Source of the DNA: an uncultured Candidatus Saccharibacteria bacterium
GTDB lineage: Bacteria; Patescibacteriota; WWE3; 2-01-FULL-39-13
NCBI GenBank assembly: GCA_964370865.1
Contig: CAYJKF010000001.1
Location: 1-33,702, forward strand
Reading direction: 5' to 3'
DNA: 33,702 bases
The notes below the pieces were generated by a model. It made no database searches and was not told the origin of the DNA. It saw only the letters and a list, made by a program, of their open reading frames with translations. The position numbers and the translations under genes were made by a program. Below, in pieces: positions 17,243 through 26,399 of this stretch (position 1 is the stretch's first letter; the number at the start of each line of letters is the position of its first letter).

Positions 17243-17494
17243 TCAAATATTTTTCATTCTAAATACTATACGTCCAGTATTTTCATCGTAAGGGCTAAAT
17301 TGAATCTTTACTTTATCCCCAGGCATTACTTTAATTCTGGCTTTTCTCATTTTGCCCGAGATATACCCTACTACTAATTTTTCTTCTTCATCTAACTCTA
17401 TAGAGAATTTTGCGTCTGGCAAAGCTTCTCTAACCGTTCCAATCTTTTCTATAAATTCTTTATTACTATCGTTAATATTTCCGTATTTGTCCAT
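17243..17494 (-). CDS. infA: Translation initiation factor IF-1
   Basis: GTVREALPDAKF, ISGKMRKARIKVMPGDKV, SPYD...GRIVFR. Confidence 0.96.
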   Translation of the reverse strand: MDKYGNINDSNKEFIEKIGTVREALPDAKFSIELDEEEKLVVGYISGKMRKARIKVMPGDKVKIQFSPYDENTGRIVFRMKNI

Positions 17495-17566
17495 AAAATA
17501 TCCAATAAAGGATATATGCTTTTTTCAAGCTATCAATAACTTACTACTATTTATTGCTACCGCACA

Positions 17567-17575
17567 ATTTTAGCA
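17567..17575 (-). promoter_or_regulatory. Possible extended -10 promoter for infA-rpmJ-rpsM...
   Basis: TGCTAAAAT on the minus strand within the 88-bp map-infA gap. Confidence 0.35.
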
Positions 17576-17582
17576 CATCAGG

Positions 17583-18362
17583 CTAAATGGTCAATATTTC
17601 AGGACCTTTTTCTGTTACTGCCACGGTATGCTCAAACATGCCAGTCAGACTACCATCTTGTGTTGTAGCCGTCCAGCCATCCTCTGTTATCTTAATTTTA
17701 GGACTGCCCTCTGAATACATTGATTCTACGGCTAAAACCATACCTGGCTTAATCTGGGCTCCTTGGCTAGGTACACCAAAACAAGGAATAATTGGGTCCT
17801 CGTGAGGAGCTAATCCCACTCCGTGACCAGCATAATCTTCGACAACTTCAAAACCAGCTTCCTCTACGACCTTTTGCATTGTGTTAGAAATCTTGCCAAT
17901 ACGGTTTCCCGGCTTTGCTTCTTCTATTGCCAACATGAGTGAGTTTATTCCAATATTGAGTAATTTATCCCTCTTTTTATCGTCCGTATTAAATTGTAAC
18001 GGTAAATGATCTAAATGGTCAAATCCAACATAGCTTGTCCAACAGTGGTCGGTATAGAAGCCACCTCTTTTTAGGCCTATATCAATCGAAATAAGGTCGT
18101 TTTGGCTCAATGGGGTACTATTTGGCATTCCGTGAATCCAATCTGCGTTTACGGCAATACACGACCCATATGGATAATTATCGATTTCTTTAAACCAGGG
18201 AGTAGCTCCGCTTTCCATTATCATTCTTTCTATCTCGTTATTTATATATAACGTGGTAACTCCTTCCTTGACTAATTGAAAGGCCTTTACCAAAATTTGA
18301 TTGGTTAGATGACCCAATTTGCGAATTTCTTCTATTTGTTCAGGTGATTTAATATATATCAT
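17583..18362 (-). CDS. map: Methionine aminopeptidase type I
   Basis: IHGMP, SIDIG, TD, GHGVG..HEDP, FEHTVAVT. Confidence 0.95.
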   Translation of the reverse strand: MIYIKSPEQIEEIRKLGHLTNQILVKAFQLVKEGVTTLYINNEIERMIMESGATPWFKEIDNYPYGSCIAVNADWIHGMPNSTPLSQNDLISIDIGLKRGGFYTDHCWTSYVGFDHLDHLPLQFNTDDKKRDKLLNIGINSLMLAIEEAKPGNRIGKISNTMQKVVEEAGFEVVEDYAGHGVGLAPHEDPIIPCFGVPSQGAQIKPGMVLAVESMYSEGSPKIKITEDGWTATTQDGSLTGMFEHTVAVTEKGPEILTI

Positions 18363-18964
18363 TCTTCTTCGATGGAAGGTTTAACAAATTCAACCCTTGT
18401 GAAGTAACTTCTTAGATCCACTTGAATTTCCTCAACTGTTCTTTCACCATCAATTCTAGTTAACCTTCCCATATTGGTATATTCGATTAATAAAGGTTCC
18501 GTTTCACTGTGAAAAATATTTAACCTCTTTTTTATACTTTCATCACTTTCATCGGCACGACCTTCGATAAGCGATCTGCTTTTCAATCTTTTTAAGCATT
18601 CCTCTTCTCTAACGTGTAGATAAAAAACATATGTAATTGCCCAATCTTGCTTATCTAAAAAATTAAGAAAATTATTAATTTGATTTAAATTTCTCGGATA
18701 TCCATCAATAACAAATCCTTGCTTATCCGAAGATAACATTAGGGGAAATAAAATTTCATTCTCAATAATTGAGTCGGGAACCAAATTCCCAGCTTTCCAA
18801 AATTCATCCATTTTCTTCGATAATTCATTCCCGGCCTGGCTAGCTTTTCGAACCTCTTGTCCTGTTGATATAAATTTGTAATCTAAAAAGTCTGCGAGCT
18901 GTATAGCTTGTGTGGATTTACCGGAGCCTTGTGGGCCTAAAATTAATACTACTGGTTTGCTCAT
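18359..18964 (-). CDS. adk: Adenylate kinase (short LID)
   Basis: GPQGSGKST, ISTG, DGYPRN, GRADES; ATGA overlap with map. Confidence 0.9.
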   Translation of the reverse strand: MSKPVVLILGPQGSGKSTQAIQLADFLDYKFISTGQEVRKASQAGNELSKKMDEFWKAGNLVPDSIIENEILFPLMLSSDKQGFVIDGYPRNLNQINNFLNFLDKQDWAITYVFYLHVREEECLKRLKSRSLIEGRADESDESIKKRLNIFHSETEPLLIEYTNMGRLTRIDGERTVEEIQVDLRSYFTRVEFVKPSIEEE

Positions 18965-19233
18965 AATCCTGGAATTCCTAAACCAGATAGTTGACCCTTC
19001 ATTTTCTTTGCTACGTCTTTCTGAGACTCTTTTAAGGATTTATTAATTGCCTTTTCTAAATCTGTACGTCTTTCACCATTTTCTAGAATCTGTTCAATAT
19101 GTTGATCGCCTCTTATAGTTATTTCAAAACTTCCTTCATAAACTTTAGTCATTATCTTTTCCATTTCTTTTTTCATCATGTCTGCCTGTTTTTTTAAAGC
19201 ATACATTTCTTTCATTTCACCAAAATTAACCAT
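18961..19233 (-). CDS. ybaB: YbaB/EbfC-family nucleoid-associated protein
   Basis: 90 aa; Met-rich N-terminal helix (KKQADMMKKEM), ITIRGDQHI, AINKSL, C-terminal GLGIPGL. Confidence 0.75.
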   Translation of the reverse strand: MVNFGEMKEMYALKKQADMMKKEMEKIMTKVYEGSFEITIRGDQHIEQILENGERRTDLEKAINKSLKESQKDVAKKMKGQLSGLGIPGL

Positions 19234-19247
19234 ATTTTATTCTTTCA

Positions 19248-20540
19248 TTAACTAGTAAAACTTTTGTATTCAGAAGTAATTACTTTAGATTGTAATTGTT
19301 TTACAGTCTCTAATACAACTGATACTACAATTAATAAACCGGTTCCGCCAATTGCCAAGGACGAAACACCGGTATAGTTTTGTATAATCGTTGGAATTAT
19401 TGCTACAGCGCCTAAAAACAATCCTCCAGCAAGTGTTAATCGATTTATAACATACTTAAGATATGAAACTGTTTGTCGGCCTGGACGGATTCCTGGTAGA
19501 TATCCGCCGGCAGTTCTTATCTCTTCTGCAATTTTATCTGGATTAAAGGAAATATTCGTATAGAAATATGTAAAAAGAAAAATTAATAAGAAGTAGGTTA
19601 TTCCATAGAGCCAACCTGTACTTTGGAAATTTATACTTAACCAGATACCAATTTCTGACAATGTTGGGTTAGGTAAATTTTGTAAATATGAACCCAGCAT
19701 ACTTGGAAGCAATACTAACGACACAGCAAATATTAATGGCATAACACCTGACTGATTAATCTTTACAGGGATATATGTTCGCGAAGCAGTTTGTCTGTTT
19801 TGACCATTAGTGCCAGAATATTGGACTTCTATCTTTCTAAAGGATTCGTTTATATAAACAACAGCAAAAATAACTCCAAGTCCAACTAATCCAAAAATTA
19901 TTATATTAAAAAGTTGGGTAAGGTCGAATAAACTTATTAGGCCTCCGAGTCCTCCAGGAATACCAGTTAAAATTCCTGCAAAAACTAGCATAGAAATACC
20001 ATTTCCAATTCCTTTTTCTGTTATAAGCTCTCCAAGCCAAACTACCAAATAGGTACCTGCTGTAGAAATCAGAACAAAAAGTAAAACATCTAATGGACTA
20101 TTGGTAGGTAAAATCGACATGCCACCAAAAGTTTCTCGGTTTAATAAATAGTAAATTCCATATGCCTGAACAAGAGCAATTGGAAGAGTTAGTAGCTGGG
20201 TATACATATTCAGTTTCTGTCTTCCAGCGGATCCTTCATCTTTCAACATTTGTTCAACTTTTGGTGATAGCATCACAAACAATTGGACAATAATAGATGC
20301 ATTAATGTAAGGTCCAATTCCTAATGCAACGATAGAGAGATTTCTAAGTCCTCCACCTGCAAATAAATTTAGGAATGATGCGAATTGGCTATTATCAAAT
20401 AACGCTTTTAAAGCTTCTAAATTTGCGGTTGGAACTGGAATGTGTGCTAAAAAACGATATAAAGCTAGAACTGCAAATGTTATAAGCAGTTTTTTCCTAA
20501 TGTCTGGAATTTTTAATGCTTTCGCAAGATCAGAAATCAT
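19248..20540 (-). CDS. secY: Preprotein translocase SecY
   Basis: ALGIGPYINASII, WLGELITEKGIGNGIS, SGVMPLIFA, PGIRPG, GGTGLLIVV. Confidence 0.98.
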   Translation of the reverse strand: MISDLAKALKIPDIRKKLLITFAVLALYRFLAHIPVPTANLEALKALFDNSQFASFLNLFAGGGLRNLSIVALGIGPYINASIIVQLFVMLSPKVEQMLKDEGSAGRQKLNMYTQLLTLPIALVQAYGIYYLLNRETFGGMSILPTNSPLDVLLFVLISTAGTYLVVWLGELITEKGIGNGISMLVFAGILTGIPGGLGGLISLFDLTQLFNIIIFGLVGLGVIFAVVYINESFRKIEVQYSGTNGQNRQTASRTYIPVKINQSGVMPLIFAVSLVLLPSMLGSYLQNLPNPTLSEIGIWLSINFQSTGWLYGITYFLLIFLFTYFYTNISFNPDKIAEEIRTAGGYLPGIRPGRQTVSYLKYVINRLTLAGGLFLGAVAIIPTIIQNYTGVSSLAIGGTGLLIVVSVVLETVKQLQSKVITSEYKSFTS

Positions 20541-20547
20541 CTAATTA

Positions 20548-20997
20548 TTATTCTACCTTACCACCGGATTTTTCGATCTTTTCTTTTGCTGCGGTCGAAT
20601 ACCAAAAACCTTTAACATTTAGTGCAGTTTTAATTTCTCCTCGACCCAATATTTTAATAAAATCGACAGAATCCTTAGTACTTAACTTTGTTTTAACTTC
20701 AGCTACCGTAATATCCGTGGCTTTTCCTGCCATTCTAACTAAGTCTGCTAAATTAATTGCAACTACTTTAAATTGTCCGTGAGCTTTAAATCCTTTATGA
20801 TAAGGAGTCTTTCTAACTAAAGGTGTTTGACCACCTTCAAACCATGCGTGAGGTTTAGTTCCTTGTCTTGCTTTCTGTCCTTTAGTTCCAAGACCTGTTG
20901 TATGTCCACCTTTGCCTGAACCGTGACCACGACCGACTCTTTTTCCACGTGATTTGTGTCCTAATATTCTAGTTAGGTTATTTAATGATATTGCCAT
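20548..20997 (-). CDS. rplO: 50S ribosomal protein L15
   Basis: RVGRGHGSGKG, KGQKAR, FEGGQTPL. Confidence 0.97.
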   Translation of the reverse strand: MAISLNNLTRILGHKSRGKRVGRGHGSGKGGHTTGLGTKGQKARQGTKPHAWFEGGQTPLVRKTPYHKGFKAHGQFKVVAINLADLVRMAGKATDITVAEVKTKLSTKDSVDFIKILGRGEIKTALNVKGFWYSTAAKEKIEKSGGKVE

Positions 20998-20998
20998 A

Positions 20999-21487
20999 TT
21001 ATTTTGTTACGATTCTTAACTTTTTTAATGCATCAACTGTTGCGTATGCATTATTAATTTGATTAGTGCTTCCGATAACTTTAGCTGAAATATTTCTAAT
21101 ACCTGCTAATTCGAAAATTTGTCTAACACTACTTCCTGCGATAATTCCGGCTCCATCTGGTGCAGGTTTCATAAACAATTTTGATGCACCATGTTTAGAA
21201 GTTACCTCATGTGGAATACTACCGTTTGTAGTAATTGGCACATCGAATACATCTCTCTTTGCTCTATTTATAGCTTTTTTCATAGCAACCATATTTTCTT
21301 TAGATTTTGCAATACCAATTCCAACCTTCCCAGATCTATCACCAACAACCGCAAGTGCTGAAAAATGATAGGCTGCTCCACCTTGTCTCTTTGTTGAAAC
21401 TCTTCTAACATTCAATACCTTCTCTTCGAATTGCTGAACTCTTTCTTCACTTTGTTGTTCCATTGGTCTACCTAATTTTCTTTCCAT
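20999..21487 (-). CDS. rpsE: 30S ribosomal protein S5
   Basis: FSALAVVGD, KPAPDGAGIIAG, ELAGI, GSTNQIN. Confidence 0.96.
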   Translation of the reverse strand: MERKLGRPMEQQSEERVQQFEEKVLNVRRVSTKRQGGAAYHFSALAVVGDRSGKVGIGIAKSKENMVAMKKAINRAKRDVFDVPITTNGSIPHEVTSKHGASKLFMKPAPDGAGIIAGSSVRQIFELAGIRNISAKVIGSTNQINNAYATVDALKKLRIVTK

Positions 21488-21491
21488 ATTT

Positions 21492-21839
21492 TTATAAATT
21501 AATTCCCTTAGAACGAATTCCCTCTGCTATATTTTTAACTCTTCCGTGATATCTGTATCCATTTCTATCAAAAATAGCGCTTTCGATTTTTAAACCTTTT
21601 AATTTCTCTCCGATATTTTCTCCAACTTCTAATGCGATTTTTGATTTAGGTCCTTTGAATTCTGTCGCAACAGAAGACTCCGAAGCTAATACTTTTCCTT
21701 CACTGTCGTTTATTACTTGTGCGTATATATTTTTATTTGATCTAAAAACACAGATCCTTGGTTTCTCAACTGTTCCTTTGCTTAAACCTCTTGATCGAGT
21801 GTTTCTTCTTTGTTTTGCTGTTTGATGACTTTTTTTCAT
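21492..21839 (-). CDS. rplR: 50S ribosomal protein L18
   Basis: PRICVFRSNKNIYAQVIND, FDRNGYRYHGRV; AAGGAG SD upstream. Confidence 0.97.
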   Translation of the reverse strand: MKKSHQTAKQRRNTRSRGLSKGTVEKPRICVFRSNKNIYAQVINDSEGKVLASESSVATEFKGPKSKIALEVGENIGEKLKGLKIESAIFDRNGYRYHGRVKNIAEGIRSKGINL

Positions 21840-21865
21840 ATATCTCCTTTATTTCTCTTCTAAAG

Positions 21866-22408
21866 TTACTTCTTAGAAGCCTTTCCTTGTTTTCTCTTTA
21901 TTATTTCGTCTTTATATTTAATACCTTTACCTTTATATGGTTCAGGTTTTCTAATTGCTCTTATATTTGCAGCAACTTGTCCCACCGATTGTCTATCAAT
22001 TCCAGATACTTTTATCATAGTGTTACCTTCGACATCTAAGGTTATACCTTCTGGTGCGATTACTACTACAGGATGAGAATATCCGATTTGAATCTTCAAA
22101 TCCTTACCAGTTTTTTCCACTCTATATCCAACTCCTACCAATTCTAATTCTTTGGAGAAACCTGTATTTACACCTTCCACTGCATTATTGATTAATGCTC
22201 TAGCTAGTCCCCATTGAGCTTTTCCTTCTGGATTTGTGCTATCTTTTAAAGTTAACTTTAAAAATTCCCCGTCTGGTTTAACTTCAATAATATCGTGAAC
22301 AGGGACTTCCAAAACACCTTTAGGACCTGTAACTGTTACAAAACCTTTTTTCATGTCGATTTTTGTATCTGTATTTAGTTTTATTGGTGTGTTCCCGATT
22401 TTACTCAT
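21866..22408 (-). CDS. rplF: 50S ribosomal protein L6
   Basis: MSKIG, GPKG, GVGYR, PEPYKGKGI. Confidence 0.98.
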   Translation of the reverse strand: MSKIGNTPIKLNTDTKIDMKKGFVTVTGPKGVLEVPVHDIIEVKPDGEFLKLTLKDSTNPEGKAQWGLARALINNAVEGVNTGFSKELELVGVGYRVEKTGKDLKIQIGYSHPVVVIAPEGITLDVEGNTMIKVSGIDRQSVGQVAANIRAIRKPEPYKGKGIKYKDEIIKRKQGKASKK

Positions 22409-22410
22409 TT

Positions 22411-22809
22411 TTAATAAACTACAAACAAAACTTCTCCTCCTAAATGTTTCTTTCTAGCTTCTTTGCTAGACATAATTCCTCTTGGAGTTGAAACCACGTA
22501 AACACCTAATCCACCAAGTACTGGTTTAAGATCCTGAGATTTTGAATACATTCTTAAACTTGGCTTAGAAACTCTTTGTATGTGGCTCATTGAAGCTACT
22601 CCATCTGCATACTTGAGAGTTATATTAATTCCTTTAATCTTTCTTCCTTCTAATTTAAAAACTTTAAAGTCTTCAATGAAACCAGTATCTTTTAAAGTCT
22701 GTAATACGTTTTCATTCATTACAGAATGATTTACTTCCAAGCTTGGTTTGTTAACGCTATAAGCGTTTCTTATTCTTGTTATTAAGTTTCCTACTGTATC
22801 GATACTCAT
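22411..22809 (-). CDS. rpsH: 30S ribosomal protein S8
   Basis: TRIRNA, RVSKPSLR, STPRGIM, GGEVL. Confidence 0.97.
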   Translation of the reverse strand: MSIDTVGNLITRIRNAYSVNKPSLEVNHSVMNENVLQTLKDTGFIEDFKVFKLEGRKIKGINITLKYADGVASMSHIQRVSKPSLRMYSKSQDLKPVLGGLGVYVVSTPRGIMSSKEARKKHLGGEVLFVVY

Positions 22810-22813
22810 ATTT

Positions 22814-22999
22814 TTACCAGCTTGCCTTTCTTATACCAGGTAATACACCTTGGTGGGCTAACTCTCTAAAACAAATACGACAAATCTTAAACTTTCTCAT
22901 ATATCCACTATCTCTACCACATCTCTCACAACGGTGATACTCACGTACCTTATATCTTTTTTTCTTTTTCCATCTTTCGATTAGACCTTTTCTTGACAT
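22814..22999 (-). CDS. rpsN: 30S ribosomal protein S14 (Zn-binding, short type)
   Basis: CERC...[17 protein letters not shown]. Confidence 0.97.
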   Translation of the reverse strand: MSRKGLIERWKKKKRYKVREYHRCERCGRDSGYMRKFKICRICFRELAHQGVLPGIRKASW

Positions 23000-23002
23000 A
23001 AA

Positions 23003-23539
23003 TTAATCTTTAAAAGGCATCCCTGTAGCCTTTAATAAACTATATGCGTATTTAGAATCACGAGTTGTCGTTTTTACAGTAATCTGCAAAGGTTTATTAT
23101 ACGTTATTTTATTTGCATCTACCTCAGGAAAAACTAAATGCTCTCGTAAACCTAAATTATAATTTCCACTGTCATCAAAATTCTTTTTGGTAACCCCTCT
23201 AAAATCTTTGACCCGAGGAAGTACTATTTTAACTAATTTCTCATAAAAATCCCACATTTTTTCGCCTCTTAAAGTTACGGCAATTCCAACGATCTGTCCT
23301 TCTCGTAATTTAAAATTAGAAATGGAAACCTTAGAAGGTCTTTTTGAAGGATGTTGGCCAGTTATTGCTGCAATATCTGAAACACATTCTTCAACGAAAG
23401 TTTTGTTATCTCTCATTTTTCCAATACCCATATTCACTACGATTTTCTCGAATCTTGGAACAGCTTGAACTGAACTTAAATTTAATTCTTTCTTTAATTC
23501 CATCTTAAGTTTTGATTCGAAATCTTTTTTAATACTCAT
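23003..23539 (-). CDS. rplE: 50S ribosomal protein L5
   Basis: KIVVNMGIG, ITGQ, FKLREG, VTLRG, LPRVKDFRG. Confidence 0.98.
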   Translation of the reverse strand: MSIKKDFESKLKMELKKELNLSSVQAVPRFEKIVVNMGIGKMRDNKTFVEECVSDIAAITGQHPSKRPSKVSISNFKLREGQIVGIAVTLRGEKMWDFYEKLVKIVLPRVKDFRGVTKKNFDDSGNYNLGLREHLVFPEVDANKITYNKPLQITVKTTTRDSKYAYSLLKATGMPFKD

Positions 23540-23540
23540 T

Positions 23541-23849
23541 TTATTTACCTAGAATATCACTAGACTTTTTGCTAAAACGAAATTTTTTGCCATCAACCAT
23601 CTTGTAACCTACTTTTGTTGGTGTATTTAGCTTTGGATCTATTAACACAACATTTGATACGTGAATTGGCCTTGAGACTTGAACTTTTCCGCCTGGTTCA
23701 TTATTTTTTGGCTTAACATGTTTTGTAAACATATTTAAATTCTCTACTAGTACTTTGTCAGACTTAATATAGATTCTCTCGACAACACCTTCAGCGCCTT
23801 TGTCTTTTCCTGCTATTATTTTTACTTTGTCGCCTTTTCTAATTTTCAT
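23541..23849 (-). CDS. rplX: 50S ribosomal protein L24
   Basis: KOW motif GDKVKIIAGKDKG, PIHVSNV. Confidence 0.97.
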   Translation of the reverse strand: MKIRKGDKVKIIAGKDKGAEGVVERIYIKSDKVLVENLNMFTKHVKPKNNEPGGKVQVSRPIHVSNVVLIDPKLNTPTKVGYKMVDGKKFRFSKKSSDILGK

Positions 23850-23853
23850 ATGA

Positions 23854-24225
23854 TTACCAGACCTCTGGTGCTAACGAAACTATTTTACTGAACTTTAAGT
23901 CTCTTAATTCTCTGGCTACTGGACCAAAAATCCTCGTACCTCTGGGATTGTTAGCAGTGTCGATTATAACAGCTGCATTATCATCAAACCTAATGTAACT
24001 TCCATCACTTCTTCTTAACTCTTTTCGCGTACGCACGATAACTGCCTTGACTACCTGATGATCTTGTATAGTAGTACCAATACCGGTGGTTCCTCTTACA
24101 GAACACACTACGACATCTCCAATACCAGCTGACTGGATAGTAGAAAAACCAGGAATATTTATAACATTAAGTTTTTTTGCTCCTGAATTATCTGCACATT
24201 TTAGTATCGATTCATGTTGTACCAT
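23854..24225 (-). CDS. rplN: 50S ribosomal protein L14
   Basis: [28 protein letters not shown]. Confidence 0.98.
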   Translation of the reverse strand: MVQHESILKCADNSGAKKLNVINIPGFSTIQSAGIGDVVVCSVRGTTGIGTTIQDHQVVKAVIVRTRKELRRSDGSYIRFDDNAAVIIDTANNPRGTRIFGPVARELRDLKFSKIVSLAPEVW

Positions 24226-24226
24226 T

Positions 24227-24472
24227 TTATTTTCCTTCCTCCTTGGCTGCTACTAAGTACCAACATTTGTTCTTACTCATTGGTTTTCCTTCTTCGATAT
24301 TTACAACTTGATCTAGTTCTACCTTCTTATCAAATAAATGAACCATAAAATTTTTATGTGATTTATATCTTTTCTTATATCTTGGATGAATCTTTATGGT
24401 CTCAACACTAACAACTGCTGTGTCTGACATTTTTAAAGATACAACCTTACCTGTTAAAACTTTTTTAGCCAT
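24227..24472 (-). CDS. rpsQ: 30S ribosomal protein S17
   Basis: [22 protein letters not shown]. Confidence 0.95.
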   Translation of the reverse strand: MAKKVLTGKVVSLKMSDTAVVSVETIKIHPRYKKRYKSHKNFMVHLFDKKVELDQVVNIEEGKPMSKNKCWYLVAAKEEGK

Positions 24473-24671
24473 TTAATGCCTCCTTCTCTTTCGAGATTGT
24501 AATTAACTGAGCTATCTCTCTACGTAAATTCTTAACTTTTCTAACGTTTTTCTCTTTACCCATTCCTAATTCAATTTTCTGCTCAATAGCTTCTTTACGC
24601 TTTTCGGTAATAATTTTCGCAAGTTCTGCTACTTCTTTTTTTCGTAAATCTGCTAAATTCTGCTTTGCCAT
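24465..24671 (-). CDS. rpmC: 50S ribosomal protein L29
   Basis: Position between rplP and rpsQ; LRREIAQLIT. Confidence 0.92.
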   Translation of the reverse strand: MAKQNLADLRKKEVAELAKIITEKRKEAIEQKIELGMGKEKNVRKVKNLRREIAQLITISKEKEALNG

Positions 24672-24683
24672 ATTACTTAATAA

Positions 24684-25097
24684 CTATATATCATCTTTAC
24701 TAATAAACTTCGTAAGGACCGAAAGCTTCGCTGCCGCTTTTGTAAAAGCCTCTTTAGCGACCGCTCTCTCTACACCAGATATCTCAAATAAAATCTTGCC
24801 TGGCTTGATAACAGCTGCATAATGATCAACTTCTCCTTTACCCTTACCCATTCTAACCTCGAGTGGTTTTTTTGTGACTGGTTTGTCTGGAAATAATCTA
24901 ATCCAAACTTTACCACCTCTCTTGGTTTCTCCCGAAATTGCTTTTCTAGCGGCTTCAATTTCTTTTGATGAAATCTGACCTCTCGTTATTGCCTTCAATC
25001 CATATTCACCAAAACTTATGGTAAAACCTCTGGTACTTAAGCCCCGATTCTTACCCTTCATCTGTTTCCTATATTTTGTTCTTTTTGGCATTAACAT
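24684..25097 (-). CDS. rplP: 50S ribosomal protein L16
   Basis: [24 protein letters not shown]. Confidence 0.98.
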   Translation of the reverse strand: MLMPKRTKYRKQMKGKNRGLSTRGFTISFGEYGLKAITRGQISSKEIEAARKAISGETKRGGKVWIRLFPDKPVTKKPLEVRMGKGKGEVDHYAAVIKPGKILFEISGVERAVAKEAFTKAAAKLSVLTKFISKDDI

Positions 25098-25107
25098 AGA
25101 ATTTTCC

Positions 25108-25740
25108 TTATGAACTTATTTCTCCTTTATTAATCCAAACTTTAATGCCGATAGTCCCGCCTCTTGTGTAAGAAACAGCTTTAGCAAAATCAATATCTGC
25201 TCTTAAAGTTTGTGTAGGAACGGCACCTTTTGAAACCATTTCTTGACCTGCAATGCTATTTGGTCCTTGTATAGTTCCCGCAATCTCAATTCTTACTCCC
25301 ATTGCTCCTGATTCCATTGCTCTTTCTGCCGCTACATTCATTGCTCGCCTTGCACTAATTCTTTTCTCAAGTTGCAAAGCAATTGTTTCTGCGACAATAT
25401 TTGCACTCATATTAGGCATTTTCATTTCTTCTATTTGTAATTCAATGTCTGACTTCGTTAATTTTGAAAGACCGATTCTCATAGTCATAAGGCCAGAACC
25501 TTTCTTTCCAATTACAATTCCAGGCCTTGAAACACGAATAGTAATTTTAACAGCTTTTATCGATCTTTCAATTAAAATCTCGTCGATACCAGCACCTCTT
25601 AATAATTTCGCAATGTATCTGCGAATCGCATCGTCTTCTAAAAGATTTTTAGAATATAGGTCATCCTCAGCAAACCAAGTTGCTTTCCAGTCTTTAGTTA
25701 TCCCTGCTCGCATTGCGCGTGCGTCTACTTTTTTACTCAT
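25108..25740 (-). CDS. rpsC: 30S ribosomal protein S3
   Basis: KH motif [27 protein letters not shown]. Confidence 0.97.
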   Translation of the reverse strand: MSKKVDARAMRAGITKDWKATWFAEDDLYSKNLLEDDAIRRYIAKLLRGAGIDEILIERSIKAVKITIRVSRPGIVIGKKGSGLMTMRIGLSKLTKSDIELQIEEMKMPNMSANIVAETIALQLEKRISARRAMNVAAERAMESGAMGVRIEIAGTIQGPNSIAGQEMVSKGAVPTQTLRADIDFAKAVSYTRGGTIGIKVWINKGEISS

Positions 25741-26128
25741 TTGTTTTTTCTTCAGTACTATTTAAACTACCGATTATTACTACAAGATTTGTGGTTTTTT
25801 TCTTCATAGGATGATATCTTCCTCTACCTGCAGGAGTTCCTCTGCCTTTTAGAAATACGCCTTGACCAACTTTAACATCTGCAACATATAAATTATCCTT
25901 TGGCTCTTGTGATTTTGTGATAGCATTTGCAATTGCTGAGTTTAATAAAACTAACATTCTATCGCTAGCTTTTCTTTTATCGAATGAAAGAAAATCAATA
26001 CATTCATTAACTCTTTTACCTCTAATAAAATTCGCTACCAATTGAACTCTTCTAGGAGACACTGGCAAGTTTTTAATTGAACTTGTTGATATTAAATTGT
26101 ATTTATCAAGTGCGTTAGATACTTTCAT
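25733..26128 (-). CDS. rplV: 50S ribosomal protein L22
   Basis: SPRRVQLVANFIRG, LNSAIANA, GRGR; synteny. Confidence 0.93.
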   Translation of the reverse strand: MKVSNALDKYNLISTSSIKNLPVSPRRVQLVANFIRGKRVNECIDFLSFDKRKASDRMLVLLNSAIANAITKSQEPKDNLYVADVKVGQGVFLKGRGTPAGRGRYHPMKKKTTNLVVIIGSLNSTEEKTNE

Positions 26129-26130
26129 TT

Positions 26131-26397
26131 TTATTTTTTACTATTTGCATGCCCCTTAAAGGTTCTAGTTGCAGCAAATTCCCCAAGTTTATGACCTACC
26201 ATAGATTCTGTAATATAAACTGGCAAATGTTTTTTACCGTTGTGAACCTCTAATGTTAATCCCACCATCTCAGGAGTGATACTCGAAGCTCTCGCCCAAG
26301 TTTTAATGGGTTTTCTATCACCAGCTCTTTTTGCATTGTTAATTTTTTTAATCAAATTTTCGTCTACAAATGGACCTTTTTTAGATGATCGAGACAT
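26131..26397 (-). CDS. rpsS: 30S ribosomal protein S19
   Basis: [24 protein letters not shown]. Confidence 0.98.
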   Translation of the reverse strand: MSRSSKKGPFVDENLIKKINNAKRAGDRKPIKTWARASSITPEMVGLTLEVHNGKKHLPVYITESMVGHKLGEFAATRTFKGHANSKK

Positions 26398-26399
26398 TT

